From Protoeuglena noctilucae (taxonomy: Eukaryota): 64,000 nucleotides of DNA. The stretch covers positions 930,001-994,000 of the forward strand of contig OY253678.1 in assembly GCA_958009085.1 (NCBI GenBank). The letters are read 5' to 3'. This document shows positions 32,436 to 46,089 of this stretch, in pieces. Position 1 is the first letter of the stretch; every line of letters starts with the position of its first letter. The notes below the pieces were generated by a model. The model saw nothing but the letters and a program-made list of their open reading frames with translations. It was not told the origin of the DNA and did no database searches. A program made the position numbers and the translations under genes.

Positions 32436-32983
32436 TCTCCGGGGAAGGCTGGGCCTCAGAACTCGCCCTATGGAGCTATATGGGTTTGCACAAATCAGTA
32501 TGGCACAATAACACTGGGTTCGACGTAGAGTACGTGCAATGCTGAGTTCCAATGAATGTTTCTCTAAGCAGGCAGCCAGGAGGAGGCGAGAAGAGGGGGC
32601 CACGCCTCTGGCACGGTTCAAGCCCCGACAGTGTCGCTGCCACTTAGAGCTCCAGCCCATAGCACAGGCATCAGATGCCAAATTTGGACCCCATACACTC
32701 CCCATCCCCCCAGCAGCCCAGCCACGGCATGTCAGTCGGGCCTGTAACGAGCACGACCACGCACAACGCTGCGCGCCGCGTCACACCGACATGCACGCTA
32801 GTCGGCACTCTCCATGCCCCATCCCTGCCCCCTCAGCATCCATGGCGCTGCGGGACGGACGCGGGGACACCTCGGGGCACGAGCCTGCGCTCCTGCCCGC
32901 CCTGCCCGCGACAGCGCAGGCGAGGATGGTGTGACGCAAACCGTCGCATCTCGGGCTCACCTCGAGGCGCCAAGGGTCCCCGC

Positions 32984-34255
32984 TCAGCAACGGAAAGCAG
33001 ACCCCTTCTCGCAACGCGATACATCGCATTCGCTGTGCGTGAGGGTGCTGTTGCCGTAGCGGCAAAGGCCGTACTGCTTGCAGTCGGTGATCTCCACACC
33101 CAGCACCTCCCCATGCCCGCCCTCTCGGCAGCACACTCCATGAAAGCTTTTGGATCCCGTAATGCGGCCCCCATGCACCACCACCCTGCTACCCTCGCCA
33201 TCGCAAAGTACGCCATTCCCCTTGCAGCTGGCAATTTCCGCGCCCACCAAGTCTGCATGACCGCCCTGTTGACAGCACACCCCGTGAAAGTCCTTGCACC
33301 CCGTGATGCAACCCCCCTGCACTATTACCCTGCTCCCCTCGCTATGGATCCAAACCCCATGCATTTTGCAGTCAGTGATCTCCACGTCCCGCAACTCTGC
33401 CTGTGCGCCCTTTGAGCAGCAAACCCCGTACTCCTGGGCCCCCCTAATGCACCCTCCCTGCACCACCACAAGGCTACCCACACCATTGCAAGACACTGCG
33501 CAGTCAGCCATCTCCACGTTCCACACCTCCGCCTTCCCACCCTCTATGCATTGCACACCGTCATATTGCCCGAACACCGTGATGCGACCCCTTAGCATAT
33601 CCACCTTGCTCCCGCGACCAACACAGCACACCCCCACAAAAGATGCATCCATCACGTCTGTGTCCACCAGCGTCACTCGCCCACCCCCCTCGCACTGCAC
33701 CCCCGTCCCCACCACCCACACCCCTTCCAGCCGCAGCTCCCCGCCCTCAGCGACCCTCAACGTGTACCCATTACCCAGCTTGGCATCCCGCACCCGCAGC
33801 GTCCCGTTGCGGATCGTCACCGCCACCCCAGCCCCCGCCACCACCACCTCGCATTCCAGCTCCACCTCCCTCCCCCCCAGGTCCACCACCCCGCCCCTCC
33901 TCGCCACCTCTGCCACCTCCTCCCCCGTCGTCGCAACCACCACCTCTGCCGCCGCCGCATCTGCCCCGCTCCCCGCCGTCCCGCCCTGCCCCCGCCCCGC
34001 TGCGCCCGCCTCCGCCTCCACATCCGCCCACGCCAGCCCTGCCCCCCGCATCTCTGGCAACCCCACCACCGCCTCCCACGCCGCCCGCCTCCGCACCTCG
34101 CTCGGCTGCCCCAGCACGTACAGCAGCGCGACCCACTCCTCGTCCGTCCGCTCCGCACCCCCACCCGCCGCCTCCGCCCCGCCCTCGCCCGCCCCCGCCT
34201 GCTGCGGCCCAGCCCCGCCTTTCGCCGCGTCTGCTGTCCTGCGTCGCCGCCCCAT
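32984..34255 (-). CDS. Intronless right-handed parallel beta-helix repeat protein
   Basis: Single ORF with ~23/46-aa repeats GVCCxxGGxAxLxxVEITDCK..GVxCxGEGSRVVVxGGRITG. Confidence 0.8.
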   Translation of the reverse strand: MGRRRRTADAAKGGAGPQQAGAGEGGAEAAGGGAERTDEEWVALLYVLGQPSEVRRRAAWEAVVGLPEMRGAGLAWADVEAEAGAAGRGQGGTAGSGADAAAAEVVVATTGEEVAEVARRGGVVDLGGREVELECEVVVAGAGVAVTIRNGTLRVRDAKLGNGYTLRVAEGGELRLEGVWVVGTGVQCEGGGRVTLVDTDVMDASFVGVCCVGRGSKVDMLRGRITVFGQYDGVQCIEGGKAEVWNVEMADCAVSCNGVGSLVVVQGGCIRGAQEYGVCCSKGAQAELRDVEITDCKMHGVWIHSEGSRVIVQGGCITGCKDFHGVCCQQGGHADLVGAEIASCKGNGVLCDGEGSRVVVHGGRITGSKSFHGVCCREGGHGEVLGVEITDCKQYGLCRYGNSTLTHSECDVSRCEKGSAFRC

Positions 34256-35432
34256 CCTCTTTACGCTCCACCCCTGCACACAGCCACGCCACCAAAGCAC
34301 ATCATCAGCACCGGATCGCCCGCCCTGTCAATGCCTGCGACACGCACAGCTGCATGTGGACAGCCCACCCCCACCACCCGCATCCCTGCGCATCCGCCAC
34401 CCCTCGCCTGCTCTCCGTTATGACGTCTGGACGTCTGCGTATCCTCCGCCGACCTCGCACGCCGCGATCCGCTGCGGGGGCCCCGAAAGCACAGCCGGTC
34501 ATTGCAGCGCCGCCCGCACTCGCATGCGCTCGCCGGGGCATGCGTCTCGCTGCCGCACGCATCGCTCAGACGACCACCGACGTCGCTGCCAGTCCCGGCG
34601 CGACGATGCGAGGCCTCCGGGGTCCCCACAGACCCCACTGCGCCCGCTGAAGTTGCTGCGAAAACGGAGGCCGCGTGGCGGCGCGCCGTCCTGCCGCGCG
34701 CTGCAGCCTCATCACTCACCACACTCCCCAGCGCGAATTCTCCGGCCCGCGACCCCGTTCTGGCTCAATCGGACCAGCTAGAACAAGAGCTCACCGGGAA
34801 GCCGTCGAAGCTTGAAGGCTTTCCTGAAACTAAAAGTCTGGCGCCAGAAGTGACCGCACCTCCCCGTCTTCGCCGTCCCCGAGTCCTGAAGGCGGCCAAA
34901 GAGATAACGGCTGGTGGAGTTCCTGCCTTGGTGCCTCCGTGGTCGCCTCGCACGTTCCGTGTCGGGCTCGACGCGCTCCGGTCGCGACACGTAGCAGCGA
35001 GGCCGGGAAGGTGCTCATTGGGCTGCTGAGCGCGGGGCGCGGGAGGGAGGCTGGGCGAAGGTGAGCGACGCAGGATTTCTCGGCACGTGCGTGTCGATCG
35101 CGCCACACACCTCGTGGCGGTGTGGCGCCTCGGGACTTTTCAACTGTTCACATTTTCGTGACGGAGGCGGTGGGTTTCGTCGTTGGAAAGTCGGAGGGTT
35201 GCCGGAGGGTTGCGGCCCGGAGGCGGACTTGTGGCCCCCGGGGCCCCGTGAACTTGTTGAGGGGCATGTCGTCGAACTGTGGGCGGGAGGCCGGCCTTTT
35301 GGGATGGTCGGGGGCGAAGCCGCTGCGTCGTGCGCGCTTGCGGCTTCTTCGTCGCCTCCTGCCGCCCCTCGGCATCCGGCCCGGCCCACCCTGCCCTCAT
35401 CCGCTTCTCGTCCTTTGCTCCTCGCCCAGAGC

Positions 35433-36752
35433 ATGCTGTCCAGGGGAATGCAGCAGCTGGACGGGCGCCGGGCCCGGGACCTGCCTGCGGACGAGGAGCT
35501 TCAGGAGGAGGAACTATGGGACCACGCGCCCGTCGAGGACGACGCCAAGGGTGAACAGGAAGACGAGGATCGCACGACGCGGGAGGCGGACAACGACGCG
35601 GAGGACGGCTCGGACATTGATGGTACCCTGGGGGAGCTGGAGGCGGATTTCAAGCTGTCGAAGAGCGAGCAAGACAGCCGGTGAGTGGCAACATGAACCG
35701 ATAAAGTACCGAGCTTGGATCCGCCCGGCGGGGACCCGCGGGGTCGGCCGACGGCGGCTGTGGCGGGCAGCCGCAGCCCGTGCCCGGGCTTGGCTCCCGC
35801 GACCCCGCGCCCCCGCGCGCCCGCAGCAGACGCCGCGAGGACGTCGCGGCGCAAACGTCTGGAGTGGGCGAAACCGGGCAAGGTCCCACCCTTCCGGGCC
35901 AGCGGGGCATGGCGATGCCGTCGCGCGCGGTCGGCCCCGTTGCAGGGCCCTCGGGCGTCCACGTCCTGGGCCAAATCGACGAGAACCTGCAAATGGAGAA
36001 CATAGGCGAGCGCGCGCGCTGGGCTCCGCGACCGGCCGGGGTCGGGCAGGCTCAGGGCGAGCCGCGAGCCGCGTGCGCGTGTGCGAGGGCGGTGCTGTGA
36101 CTGCACCCCCGGCCTTCGCTCCTCGCAGCGATGGGCACGTCAATGCCTATCAACATTCCGTTCATGGCGATGCGCCGCGGACAGAGCATGGCGGTGGGCG
36201 CGGGGGATGCGGAAGAGGACGAGGAGGATGGCCTCCCCCGGGGCGCGGCGCGCATGGCGATGACCTTCGTCCCTCCGCACATGATGACGCGGCAGCGGGA
36301 CACGTACTCGATGGTCTCAGTCGAGGGGACGAGCCCAGGCGCGCACGCCAAGAGGGACCAACTACGCAGGCGGACGGCCATTATGGTGCGCAACCCGCAA
36401 CCTGCTCGCAGCTCTAACCCTACCCCTCTGACTGCTCGCGGCGCTTGCGCAGAGAACGCGCCGCTTCTCGCTGTCTGCCCCAAAGCACCCGTAGCTCATC
36501 CGTAGCACCCCTGCCGCACCCGGCGGCTCTCACGTCATTCGGCGTGTACCCCAACCAACCAACCACCCTGTGCGACTCACCCCGCGTCCCTCAGCTGGGT
36601 GCCCGCAGCGTGCCACGGGCTTCATCGAGCGCGCCGACTCCCTCTCCGGGTCTATGGCGGGCACCCCGAGGTCTTTCGGCGTCGGCTCTCTCGCCGAGAT
36701 GGGACGCGGCGGCCTCTCTAAGGCCCTCGGCAGCACATCGGGGTCCCCGTGA
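35433..36752 (+). CDS. Senescence regulator S40-like protein
   Basis: SMPINIP, FVPPHM, SVEGT..KRDQLRRRTAIM/RATGFIE match the S40 (DUF584) C-terminal pattern; acidic N-terminal exon. Confidence 0.7.
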
Positions 36753-37303
36753 CGCCGCTGGACGACGAACGACGCACGCACGGCGTTTCACATCGCCCTC
36801 GCCGCGAGACACGTCCCGGGGTGCCAGTCACCCCCGGACACACCGCGTTTCCCACCCCGCACCCCCCGTCCTCCCCGGCTGCTTAGGACGGGCCCCACGC
36901 GCCGTCCGCTCTGCCGCAGGCCAGGTTTCTAAGCGGGCATCGCGCCGCCTCCGCTCAAAGAGTCGGGACGGCCCCCCGCACTAAGTATCGCTGGCGTCGC
37001 TTATGGGCGAGGCCCCGCGTCCCCTTCCCATCGCAACCCTACCCTTGTTTGCCCGCATATGTGTCCGAACCCTCTTTACGCGGCGCCTAGCACGCACCGG
37101 GTGCACGGTGCACCCCGGCCCGGCTCTCTAGTTGCACTAGAGTTGCATCGAGGGCACGACAGCAGCGCTTCATTGAGCTGCACCCGCCGCCGCATGTCCC
37201 TCCCTCACGGCGATCCACCGTTGAATCACGTGGCTGGCAAAATGCACTGGCGCGAATCCATAGTGAAACAGGTGGCTATCAATGCAAGGGAACCCATAGT
37301 TAA

Positions 37304-38573
37304 TCACATGGCTAGCGTCTCACGGGGCACGAACCCATAGTGTGCAGCGAACACGAGGGGATGGGCCGCGCGGCGGTAGCAGAAGCGCACTTCGTCCCCC
37401 GATCGCAGCCCCTCGTTTCCAGCTACCAACTCCAGCACCGCCCCACCTGAGGGGTCCTGACGCAACAGCGTGTGCGCCCCGTCGCACACCTCGTCCACCG
37501 CTTGCACGCCCTGACAAGAGTCCGCGCCGTGCCGCACCCGGACCTCGGCGTTGACCTCTGTGAATATAGGACATGGATATGGATGAGGGTGGGCATGCAT
37601 CGACACGACATGACACGACTGGAAGGGGTGACGGACGCCCGCCGTCCGTCAGCCCTACATCAAGCACCCTACATGAGGCACCAAAGTATGGTGGAGGACA
37701 CCTAGCGGGTTGTTAGTACATGCCGCGCCTCGCCTGCCCAGGGCGCGTGGTTGGCCATGTCAATGCCAGGTGCCACGATATGGGAGCCAAGACCATCGCC
37801 GTCGGCAGGCGCGTGGTAGAAGCTCCGGCTCAGTGCGAGCGACACGGCCCACGCGATCCACCCCGCGGGCCCCGGTGCGTCTCCCGCGCTTGACTTTAGG
37901 CGGGCATTCCAGTCATGTGCGCGTTCCCTTGCACTTGGGTCCGCCACCCATGCTGCCATGGCCTGTTGGAGCGCGGCGTGCTCCTGCCGCAGATCCACAG
38001 CGACGGAGCACGTTACAAGGTCATAAGCGGCGACGCCGGGGACGCGCGAGAGCGCAGCGTCGAGGTCGGGGGTCGCGAGGGGCACGCGAAACGTGAGGGG
38101 CGGCAGCGCCGGCATCCACGTGCGCCGGAGGGACGCGTCATCGGCCAGTGCGCGCAGGATGGCATTTCCCACGCGTACGGCGTAATGAGCGCGGCTCAAC
38201 GCCGGTTCCGGCACCACAACGGCCTCGGCGAGCGGTAGGGACTGCGTGTGCGCCCGGGAGTGCGCGGACGGTCGCGACGGGGATGCAATCAGTAATGTAA
38301 CGAGCTTATCAATACTGTAACTCTTACCAGGAGGAGTTCGCCGGGCTCTATGTCCTGCACATCGGCAACGAAAAGCCCGTTGCCCGCATCATCCGTTTGT
38401 TCGACCCGCACAGGCAGCGGACGGGGACCCAGCAAGCGCTCCGCGGACAGGAATTCCAGGAGGTCGTTGAAGATCGCCCCGGCACTCGCGTGGTGACTCC
38501 TTGGCGCTGCGGCCGTCCTCGCATGCCGTGACGCGAACAAACGTGCTGGGCGGGGTGACAGCGGCACCGACAT
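37304..38573 (-). CDS. SET-domain protein, Rubisco LSMT/SETD3-like
   Basis: GNGLFV..DIEPGELLLSLP, WAVSLALSRSF, VAPGIDMANH, GDEVRFCY..HYGFV; three exons. Confidence 0.82.
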
Positions 38574-39346
38574 GAAGCACGGCAAGCGGGAGATGCAGGC
38601 CCGGAGTGATGCAGAGGGGCTCTTGGGCGGAAGCCATCTCAGGCTCGCCGGTTTCGGGCTTCTTTTGTTGCCAGACTGACGTGCCGCGGCAACGTCAGCG
38701 GGTTGGCGAAGGACATGCGGCATGGCAATAACAGAGATGAGATTTGTCGAAACGCTGTAGTTTAGCTCACTCCCTCGCTGCACCCGCGGCTTGACTTGCT
38801 TGACGTGCGCTTCGGCCCGCGAGAAAAGGCTTGCGGCGCTGGCGGGCAACGGGTGAGGTCTGAGGATGGCGCCGCAGATAGGCGGGGCTGGGGGGGGCCT
38901 CCAGGGCCTCTGCCCTCAGGGGTCGCATCGTGCGCATCTGGACGTCGCTCTGGGCGTTCAGCAGAGAGCACTTTGCCCTGCTTGTGCCCCCGCTACCGTC
39001 ATATCGGTCAGTCATCTCTCGCGCGGTGCATCCTTCGGCGAAGGGAACTGCCCGCGCGTCCCCTGAATCGTTGCAATGTGGCGCGCCCCTGCGCGTCGCT
39101 CGGGCTCACGCAACGAAGGCCCTCCGGCATCCCTTGATCTAAGGTAAAACGCTGCACCGTTTGCGAATTCCGCAGGTCCTGACAACGCCCCGCGTCCCGC
39201 TCTGCCCAGGTCACGAGCCCTTGCGGAGGCCCCGCGCGCCCTCTCCCGTCCGGGGCGGTCCCTCTCCCCTCCGGTAGCGGTAGAGAATGCCGGCGCGTAA
39301 TGGGAGCGCCTGGGAGGACCCCCCGGAGGAGCGGTCGGCGGCGACC

Positions 39347-42300
39347 ATGCCCAAGATGACGCGGCAGCCCTCGCAGCGCAGGTGTGACTTGCTATTCCCT
39401 GGCGGTGCCTGCCTGCGCCCGCTGACTCCCTGTCATTGCAACTGGTCACATTCCACATCCATCGTCACCGAAGCTCTTTACAAAGCTCCTTACAAACACA
39501 CGTTCCACCGTTGACGTCGTCATTCACGGTCATCATAATTACAACCATTATACCATTCCCGCCCCTCTCCCCAGGGTCAAGCCCGAGGACACGGACGTGG
39601 AGGACGGTCGCATTGCGATTGGCGAGGAGAAGATTACAGTTCAATTGGATAAGTTCGAGGAACCAGACCACGACATCGCCGACCAGACCTACAGCTACCG
39701 GTGGGTGGGATTGATTGGGGGGTGCCTGGATAGCTCATAACCCCGTCCAGCGCCTAACCGTCTGCCATCTATATCACATCACTCCCTCACTCCCCCCCAG
39801 CCACCCAGTGCACTAATTGCAGATTGGTCCCAACCCCGCGTTACCATTGCCCCATCCCACCCCCCGTCTCCCCTCCCCTGCAGCCACCCGATGTACCGCG
39901 GCCCCAACGGCGAGTTCGCGTACTTGAAACTCAACCTGGCCCCCGCGAGCCTCATGCGTCGGTTCGGCTCCGGGATATTCCTCTACTTCCGCATCGTGCG
40001 CATGCTCATGTTCCTACTACTATCCATGACCATCATGGCCATACCCTGGGTGGTCGTGATGAACCTGGGGGAGTACGAGGATGCTCAGGGCAACGCGGTG
40101 CACTTCTCGCGTCCCAAGGGGGCGCTGGGGTATGACAAAGTGTTGATTCGCACGACGTTCGGGTGGCTGGGGCAGGACTGGACGAGGACGCCGAGGGAGA
40201 ACTGGGAGGGGCTCAAGGTGAGGGAGGGGGGAGTGGGGTGCGGGGTGTGAGTGGGGGGTGCGTGGGTGTGGTTTGGGGTGGGGTGTGGGGTGGGGTGCGG
40301 GGCGTGGGTACAGCTGCTAATGCGGCTATTTGACTGTCGCAAGCAAACACGCGCGCATCCGCTGCGTCCCTCTCAGGTCGTCATCCCCCTGACAGGCCAC
40401 CGCATGGACTGTGCTTACGCAACATCAATCACAATCACAGTCACTTATCATCTGCATCTCCCTTCGTATCTCTCAGGTCGTCATCCCCCTGACGGGCCAC
40501 CGCATGGACCGCGGCGTGCTTCAGTACGTGATCGCTGGTCTAGACATGCTGGGCCTGCTGTGCTTGATGATCGCGGTGCACCAGCTGTACAAGTGGGCCA
40601 GCGAGAAGGCCGAGGAGGTGGAGGACGAGATGACGGTCACCATCAACGACTACGCCGTCATGGTCACGGGTGAGGCGCGGATGTGTGGGAATGGGTGGCG
40701 GTGAAGGCGACAAAGGACGCAGTGCGGCAACAACTATAGCCAAGCCACATCGGCAACTGCTAACAGCTAGCATGTTGCCATCCCACCCTCACCCACCCGC
40801 CCGGCTCCACATTACCACCCCACCCGCGCACCCTCAGCCCCACCCACGTACCCTCCCACCCTCACCCCACCACCTCACCTCCGCACCCTCTCACCATGAC
40901 TCCATCCCTCCCCCTCCCCCCCCAGGCCTCCCCCGCGACGCCAAGGTGGCGGACGTGCACGCGTACTTCTCGCAATATGGGGAAGTGGCCGAGGTGCAGC
41001 TGATGGCCGACGACACGCGCATCATCACATACTACAAGAAGTTCACCAAGGTGGGGGGTGATGGTGGGAATGGATGCCGGGGCATGGGTGCTGATGATGA
41101 GATGTGATGTGTTCGGTAGATAAGGAGTTCGCCAAGGTGGGGGTGGTGGTGGGAGTGGATGAAATGTTTGATGGTGCCATGGCATGGGTACCGTGGTGGT
41201 AGATGGGGAACTGGTCTCACAGGGCGGCCAACACCACATTTGTCACTCACACTCACTCACTCACACACTCACCCTCTCTCTCATCCCTCCCAGCTAGTCC
41301 TGCAGCTGGGCGTGGCCATCGCCGACCACATCTGCCACCCTTACACACACATTCACACACTCCCCCTCTCTCCCATCCCTCCCAGCTAGTCTTACAACTC
41401 GGCGTGGCCATCGCCGACCACATCTGGCGCCGCGACCGCTCCGCCCGCGTGGACAAGATCGCCAAGCGCGCGGATGCCGTTTCCAAGAAGATCGCAAACA
41501 TGCGGCAGAGGCAGGACTGGAAGGTCATTTGCGCGTTCGTCACCTTCCTCGACGTGAGGGGCGGGGTAGGGTGAAGTGTGTTTGTTTGGATGTGTAAGGT
41601 TGTGCTGCGTGTGTGGGGAGATGCGGGGGGGTGGGCGGCGGCAACGGCAGAGTGTATCGCACGGTGGGGCCCAATGTTTTGCCTGCCTCATTGCTCCCAA
41701 GCACCTCACCATCTCCCCACCCCTCGCATTGCTACTCCCCACCCACCCCCCACGACCCACCTCCCCACCTTATCACCCACCCCTCCCCTCATCACCCCAG
41801 GCTCAATCGAAGGAGGCCTGCATGGAAGATTTGAAATGGCAGGGCCTGTGGGGGTGGGTGGCGCACTACTGCTGCATGGACGAGGAGAAGAAGTTTCTGA
41901 ACAAGCACGTGCTGGCGGTCACCTCCCCCGTGTCGCCCGCCGACCTCATCTTCGAGAACCTCAGGTGAGGGGGAGTGTACATGTACAGATCACTTGTGGC
42001 CCTCGCTACGTCTTGCACACCACAAACATTCCCCTTTCTTGCCGCACACCCTCCCACCCTTCCCCCATTCTCCTTACCCCTCTCACCCCCCTCCCCACCC
42101 TCTCCCAGGTTCCACTGGGTCGAGCTAACACACATCACTTCTCACACCTCTCACCCCTCTCACCCCCCCCTCCCTCACTCCCAGGTTCCACTGGATCGAG
42201 CTCGCCCTGCGACGCACCCTCGCGACGACCATCGTGGTCATCCTGCTGCTGGGCAACGTCGTCCTCGTGTCGTATCTGAGGAGCCTATCTACTAGACTCG

Positions 42301-45300
42301 CATCGCAGCTGGGCACCAGCAGCCAGGTGAGAGGGGGACATAGTTACTGTGCACTCACATGTATATGCGATGCATCCCAACCCGTACCCTCACTGCCACT
42401 TCCATCCCCACCCCCACCCTCACTGCCACCCCCACTGCCACCCCCACTTCCACCCTCACCCTCACCCACACCCCCCCAGGCCATGTACAGCCAGATTGGC
42501 ACCCTCACCCTCACCCCCACCCCCACTGCCACCCCCACTTCCACCCACCACCCCCACCCCCCCAGGCCATGTACAGTCAGATCGGCGTGGACCCCGCGGG
42601 CCTGTCCAAATCCCAGAAGGCAGCAGTCGTTGCCCAGGCGTGCCAGAACGACCTCGACGTGTGCGCGTCGGGCATATCGTCGTCGCTAGCCATCAGCTAC
42701 GGCCAGTTCGTCAGCGACGGGGACGCCCCGGGGTGGAGCGCCGACCAGATCGTCGCGTCGCTCAAGTCGTGGTGAGGGGGGTTGGCTGCGGTGGGGCAGT
42801 GATGACTGGCGTGATCGAGTCGTGATGCGCAGTGATCCTGCACGTTGCCAATCATGCGATGGTCACTTCCTCTACCCCACCAACCACCCACGTATCCGCC
42901 CCTCCCCCCCAGTTACGACAACTCTTCCTGCACGTCCACCCAGCGCTCGTGCTACCCCTGTTACTGCGAGGGGTTACTGACGACCCTCACCAAGAGCATC
43001 AGCCTCCACGACCTAGTGCTCATGAAGAGCCAGTGCTCGCCATACTTACAGGACCTCACGCTGCAAGTCGCGGTGCAGGCGAGAAGAGGGAGGGGGGGGC
43101 GAGGAGGGTAGCGGGGAAAGGGTAGCGCGCGATGAGCGAGAGCGAAACGCGGGGCTGAGGAGCTGTGCAGCAGCAATGTGTCTCAGCGACGCGACAGTAC
43201 ACACACCTGATTCGCGCCGCAGCTGCCCTAAGATGTCGGCGCCTCAGTAACTTTACCACAGCCCCACAGCCCCACCCCTCTCGCACACATGACTCGACAC
43301 CCACCGCCACTCATGGCGTGTGTCCCTACAACACCCACCGCCACTCATCGCATGTCCCTTTCAACGCCCGCAGGTTCTCCTGACGGCGTTCGTGGTTTTG
43401 ATGAACATCGTGCTGAACATCGTAATCACCTTCCTCGTCAGCTTCGAAAAGTACAAGAGCATCAGCGCCCACGAGGCAGCGGTTTGCATCAAGGCAAGCC
43501 AGTCATGAACTGGTCCAATGCGTTTGCTGTCTCTGTGCCTGTGTTTGAGCCTGTTTGCTGTGCCTGTTTGCCTGTGTCTGTGTCTGTGGCCATTACCACC
43601 GCCTTCACATCGCCTTCACCTAGCTGCTTTCTTATACTCCCCCCACAGGTCGCGTTGGTCCAGTTCATCAACATCGCCTTCACCGAGTTGCTGTCGTCCG
43701 GCCGCGTCGACGCCGTGGTCAAGGTCTTGAAGGGGACGCCCTTCGAGGGACTCTTTTTAAGTGGGACCTTCACGGATCTGGGCAGGGACTGGTACGCCGA
43801 GGTCGGCATAGCCATGCACCTCACGCTGCTGCTGTGTGTGGTCAAGTCACTGGTGAGGGGCGGTGATGGTCAATAGTGGGGCACACCAGGCACGTAGTAG
43901 CGCGCCCGTCACAGGTGCCTACCCCAGGGCATCTAACGCGATCCACCCATCTCTGCTTGTGCGATTCAAATGTTGCAGAACCTTCCCAACTTCGCTCGTG
44001 CCCCCCAGGTATTCAAGACGCTCCCCTTCATGCTCCGCCGCCTCAAGATCTGGTGGTACTCGACTCATGCCGTGACCCAGCAGCAGCTAAACGACGCCTA
44101 CACGGGCCCGGAATTCAAATTATCCGGTAACATCGCCGACGTGCTGGTGCTGGTCATGGTGGCGGTCGTGTATGGGTCGTCCATGCCGGTGTTATACTTC
44201 ATCGCCACCTTCGGCTGCTGGGTGTGCCTGAAACTCGACCGGAGGCTGCTGTTAAGGCAAGGGGAGAGGGGAGATGCTTCACTCTGCATATCTATCTATC
44301 GTTAATTGGGGTACTGTACCCTCTCTTCATGCCCAGTCCCACCGCGCTCACCCCAGCGAATGGACCCACCCGACCCCACCCCTCACCCACCCCACCCCTC
44401 ACCCCACCCTCGCAGGATCTGCCAGACCCCCACCCGCTTCGGCCCTCACCTGGCCAAGGTGATGCTGCGGCTGGTGCTGCTGGCTGCCGTCATTCACATG
44501 GCCGTGGCGGCGTGGATGCACTCGCACTTCTACGGCATCCCCATCTATGGGGCCAAGAGCTCCCAGCAAGTCATCAAACAGTCGCACTTCGTCATTGACG
44601 AGAACAAGGTGTACACAGGTGAGAGACATCGCGTTGTCGTATCTAATGGTATATGTATATGTGATGAGACCCGCATGATCCCATCTATGGATGCGACTTG
44701 CGACCGGCCCGGCCCCATCTCTTTCATCACTCTCAGCTCCCACACGAGTGCCACCCTCTCATCCACCCCATCACCGCCCCATCCCACCCTCTCATCCACC
44801 CCATCACCTCCCCATCCCACCCTCTCATCCACCCCATCACCTCCCCAACCCACCCTCTCATCCACCCCATCACCTCCCCCGCCCTGACCCCCAGAGTCCG
44901 CGTGGAGCAGGGAGTGGCCCCGCCTCATCCAGGCACAGGCGTTCCCATTCGTGGCGCTCTTCGCCGTCATCGTCGCCGTCACGCTCGCCATCAGACCGGG
45001 TGAGAGCGCAGAGCCACACGCTCTCACTTGTAACATCCACCCGCGCACCCGCAGGTTCATCATCTGTACCCTTGACCCCACTGGTGTGGACATCACCATA
45101 TAACAACTCGCCCATTCCCTTCCCCTCCCCACCCGCAGCGCTGAGCGTGGTGCTGGGTCTCCTAGACGGCGTGGTGGGTGAATTGCTCGGCGTCAAGCGA
45201 TGCCTGAGCTTCTGCTGCGGCTGCCGGCGGTCCCGCCGCGTGGCCCCTGCGCCTGACATCAACATCATCGATGCGATCCGGAGGCAGGTGCTGCAGGGGC

Positions 45301-45821
45301 CCACGTCGTATGCCATCACCGAACAGTCGCGGTACGGAGAGGCGTTCCGGCTCGCGGGGAAGGCCGCGGCGCGCGTGGGGCTGGGGCACATGACGGCCGC
45401 CCAGGAGTTCCGGGGGCTGTCGGTCATGAGTCAGGCCATGGTCGGCAAGACCTTCTACGAAATCCAGACCAAGGACTCGCTGCGGCACAAGAGCTTTAAA
45501 AAGGCGAGCGCCGGGGCGCGGACGCGTGCGCAGGGCCGCTTGGCAGCGTGGTGAGGGAGGCGAAGGGATGCTAACAACAAACGCGTGGCCCCATCCCCGC
45601 AGCGGAGCGGTGGCGGGTCCGTGGTGTCGACGACGGGGCTGCAGCCTAAGAGCCGGAAGGAATCGCACAAGCTGCAGTCGCGCTTCAGCACGCCCATCCA
45701 GCCCCTTGGTGGCCAGGGCAGCGGGACCGTGCTGGCACCGCACCAGCAGCACGTGGAGGGGGCAAAGTCGCGCTTCGTTAGCGCGAAGGAGGAGGGGAGG
45801 AGGGCCAGCGGGGCGCCATAG
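39347..45821 (+). CDS. OSCA/TMEM63-TMC superfamily ion-channel-like membrane protein (~16 exons)
   Basis: FGSGIFLYF, TINDYAVMVTGLP, CAFVTF, SPADLIFENL, FEKYKS, DLGRDWYAEVG, TQQQLNDAYTGPEF, YGSSMPVLY, LDRRLLLR; many TM segments. Confidence 0.8.
44751..44880. repeat. 33-bp minisatellite, about 4 copies, intronic
   Basis: CCACCCTCTCATCCACCCCATCACCTCCCCATC repeated just before a 3' splice site. Confidence 0.9.
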
Positions 45822-46089
45822 ACCGTGTATAGGCCGATAGGTCGAGTAGACTGGCAGCGACACACCCGACGTGATTTTGGAGCGGGCGATGCGCTAGAGC
45901 GCCGCCGCTCGCAGCGCGATGCGTGATCGTGATGAGTTGGAGCTACTGTGATGGACGTGCGGATGTCAGGTGCAGATTAGCTGGTAATAACTCGTAGCTT
46001 GTTCAAGCCAGGCCTGCAGCGCGAGCTCGACAACACAGGCGTGGAAACCGGGCGCGGTAGCTGGTCCAAGCGAAACACTCGATCGCCAG

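Noticed and set aside
33294..34781. 495-aa plus-strand ORF
   Set aside because: Antisense shadow of the beta-helix gene.
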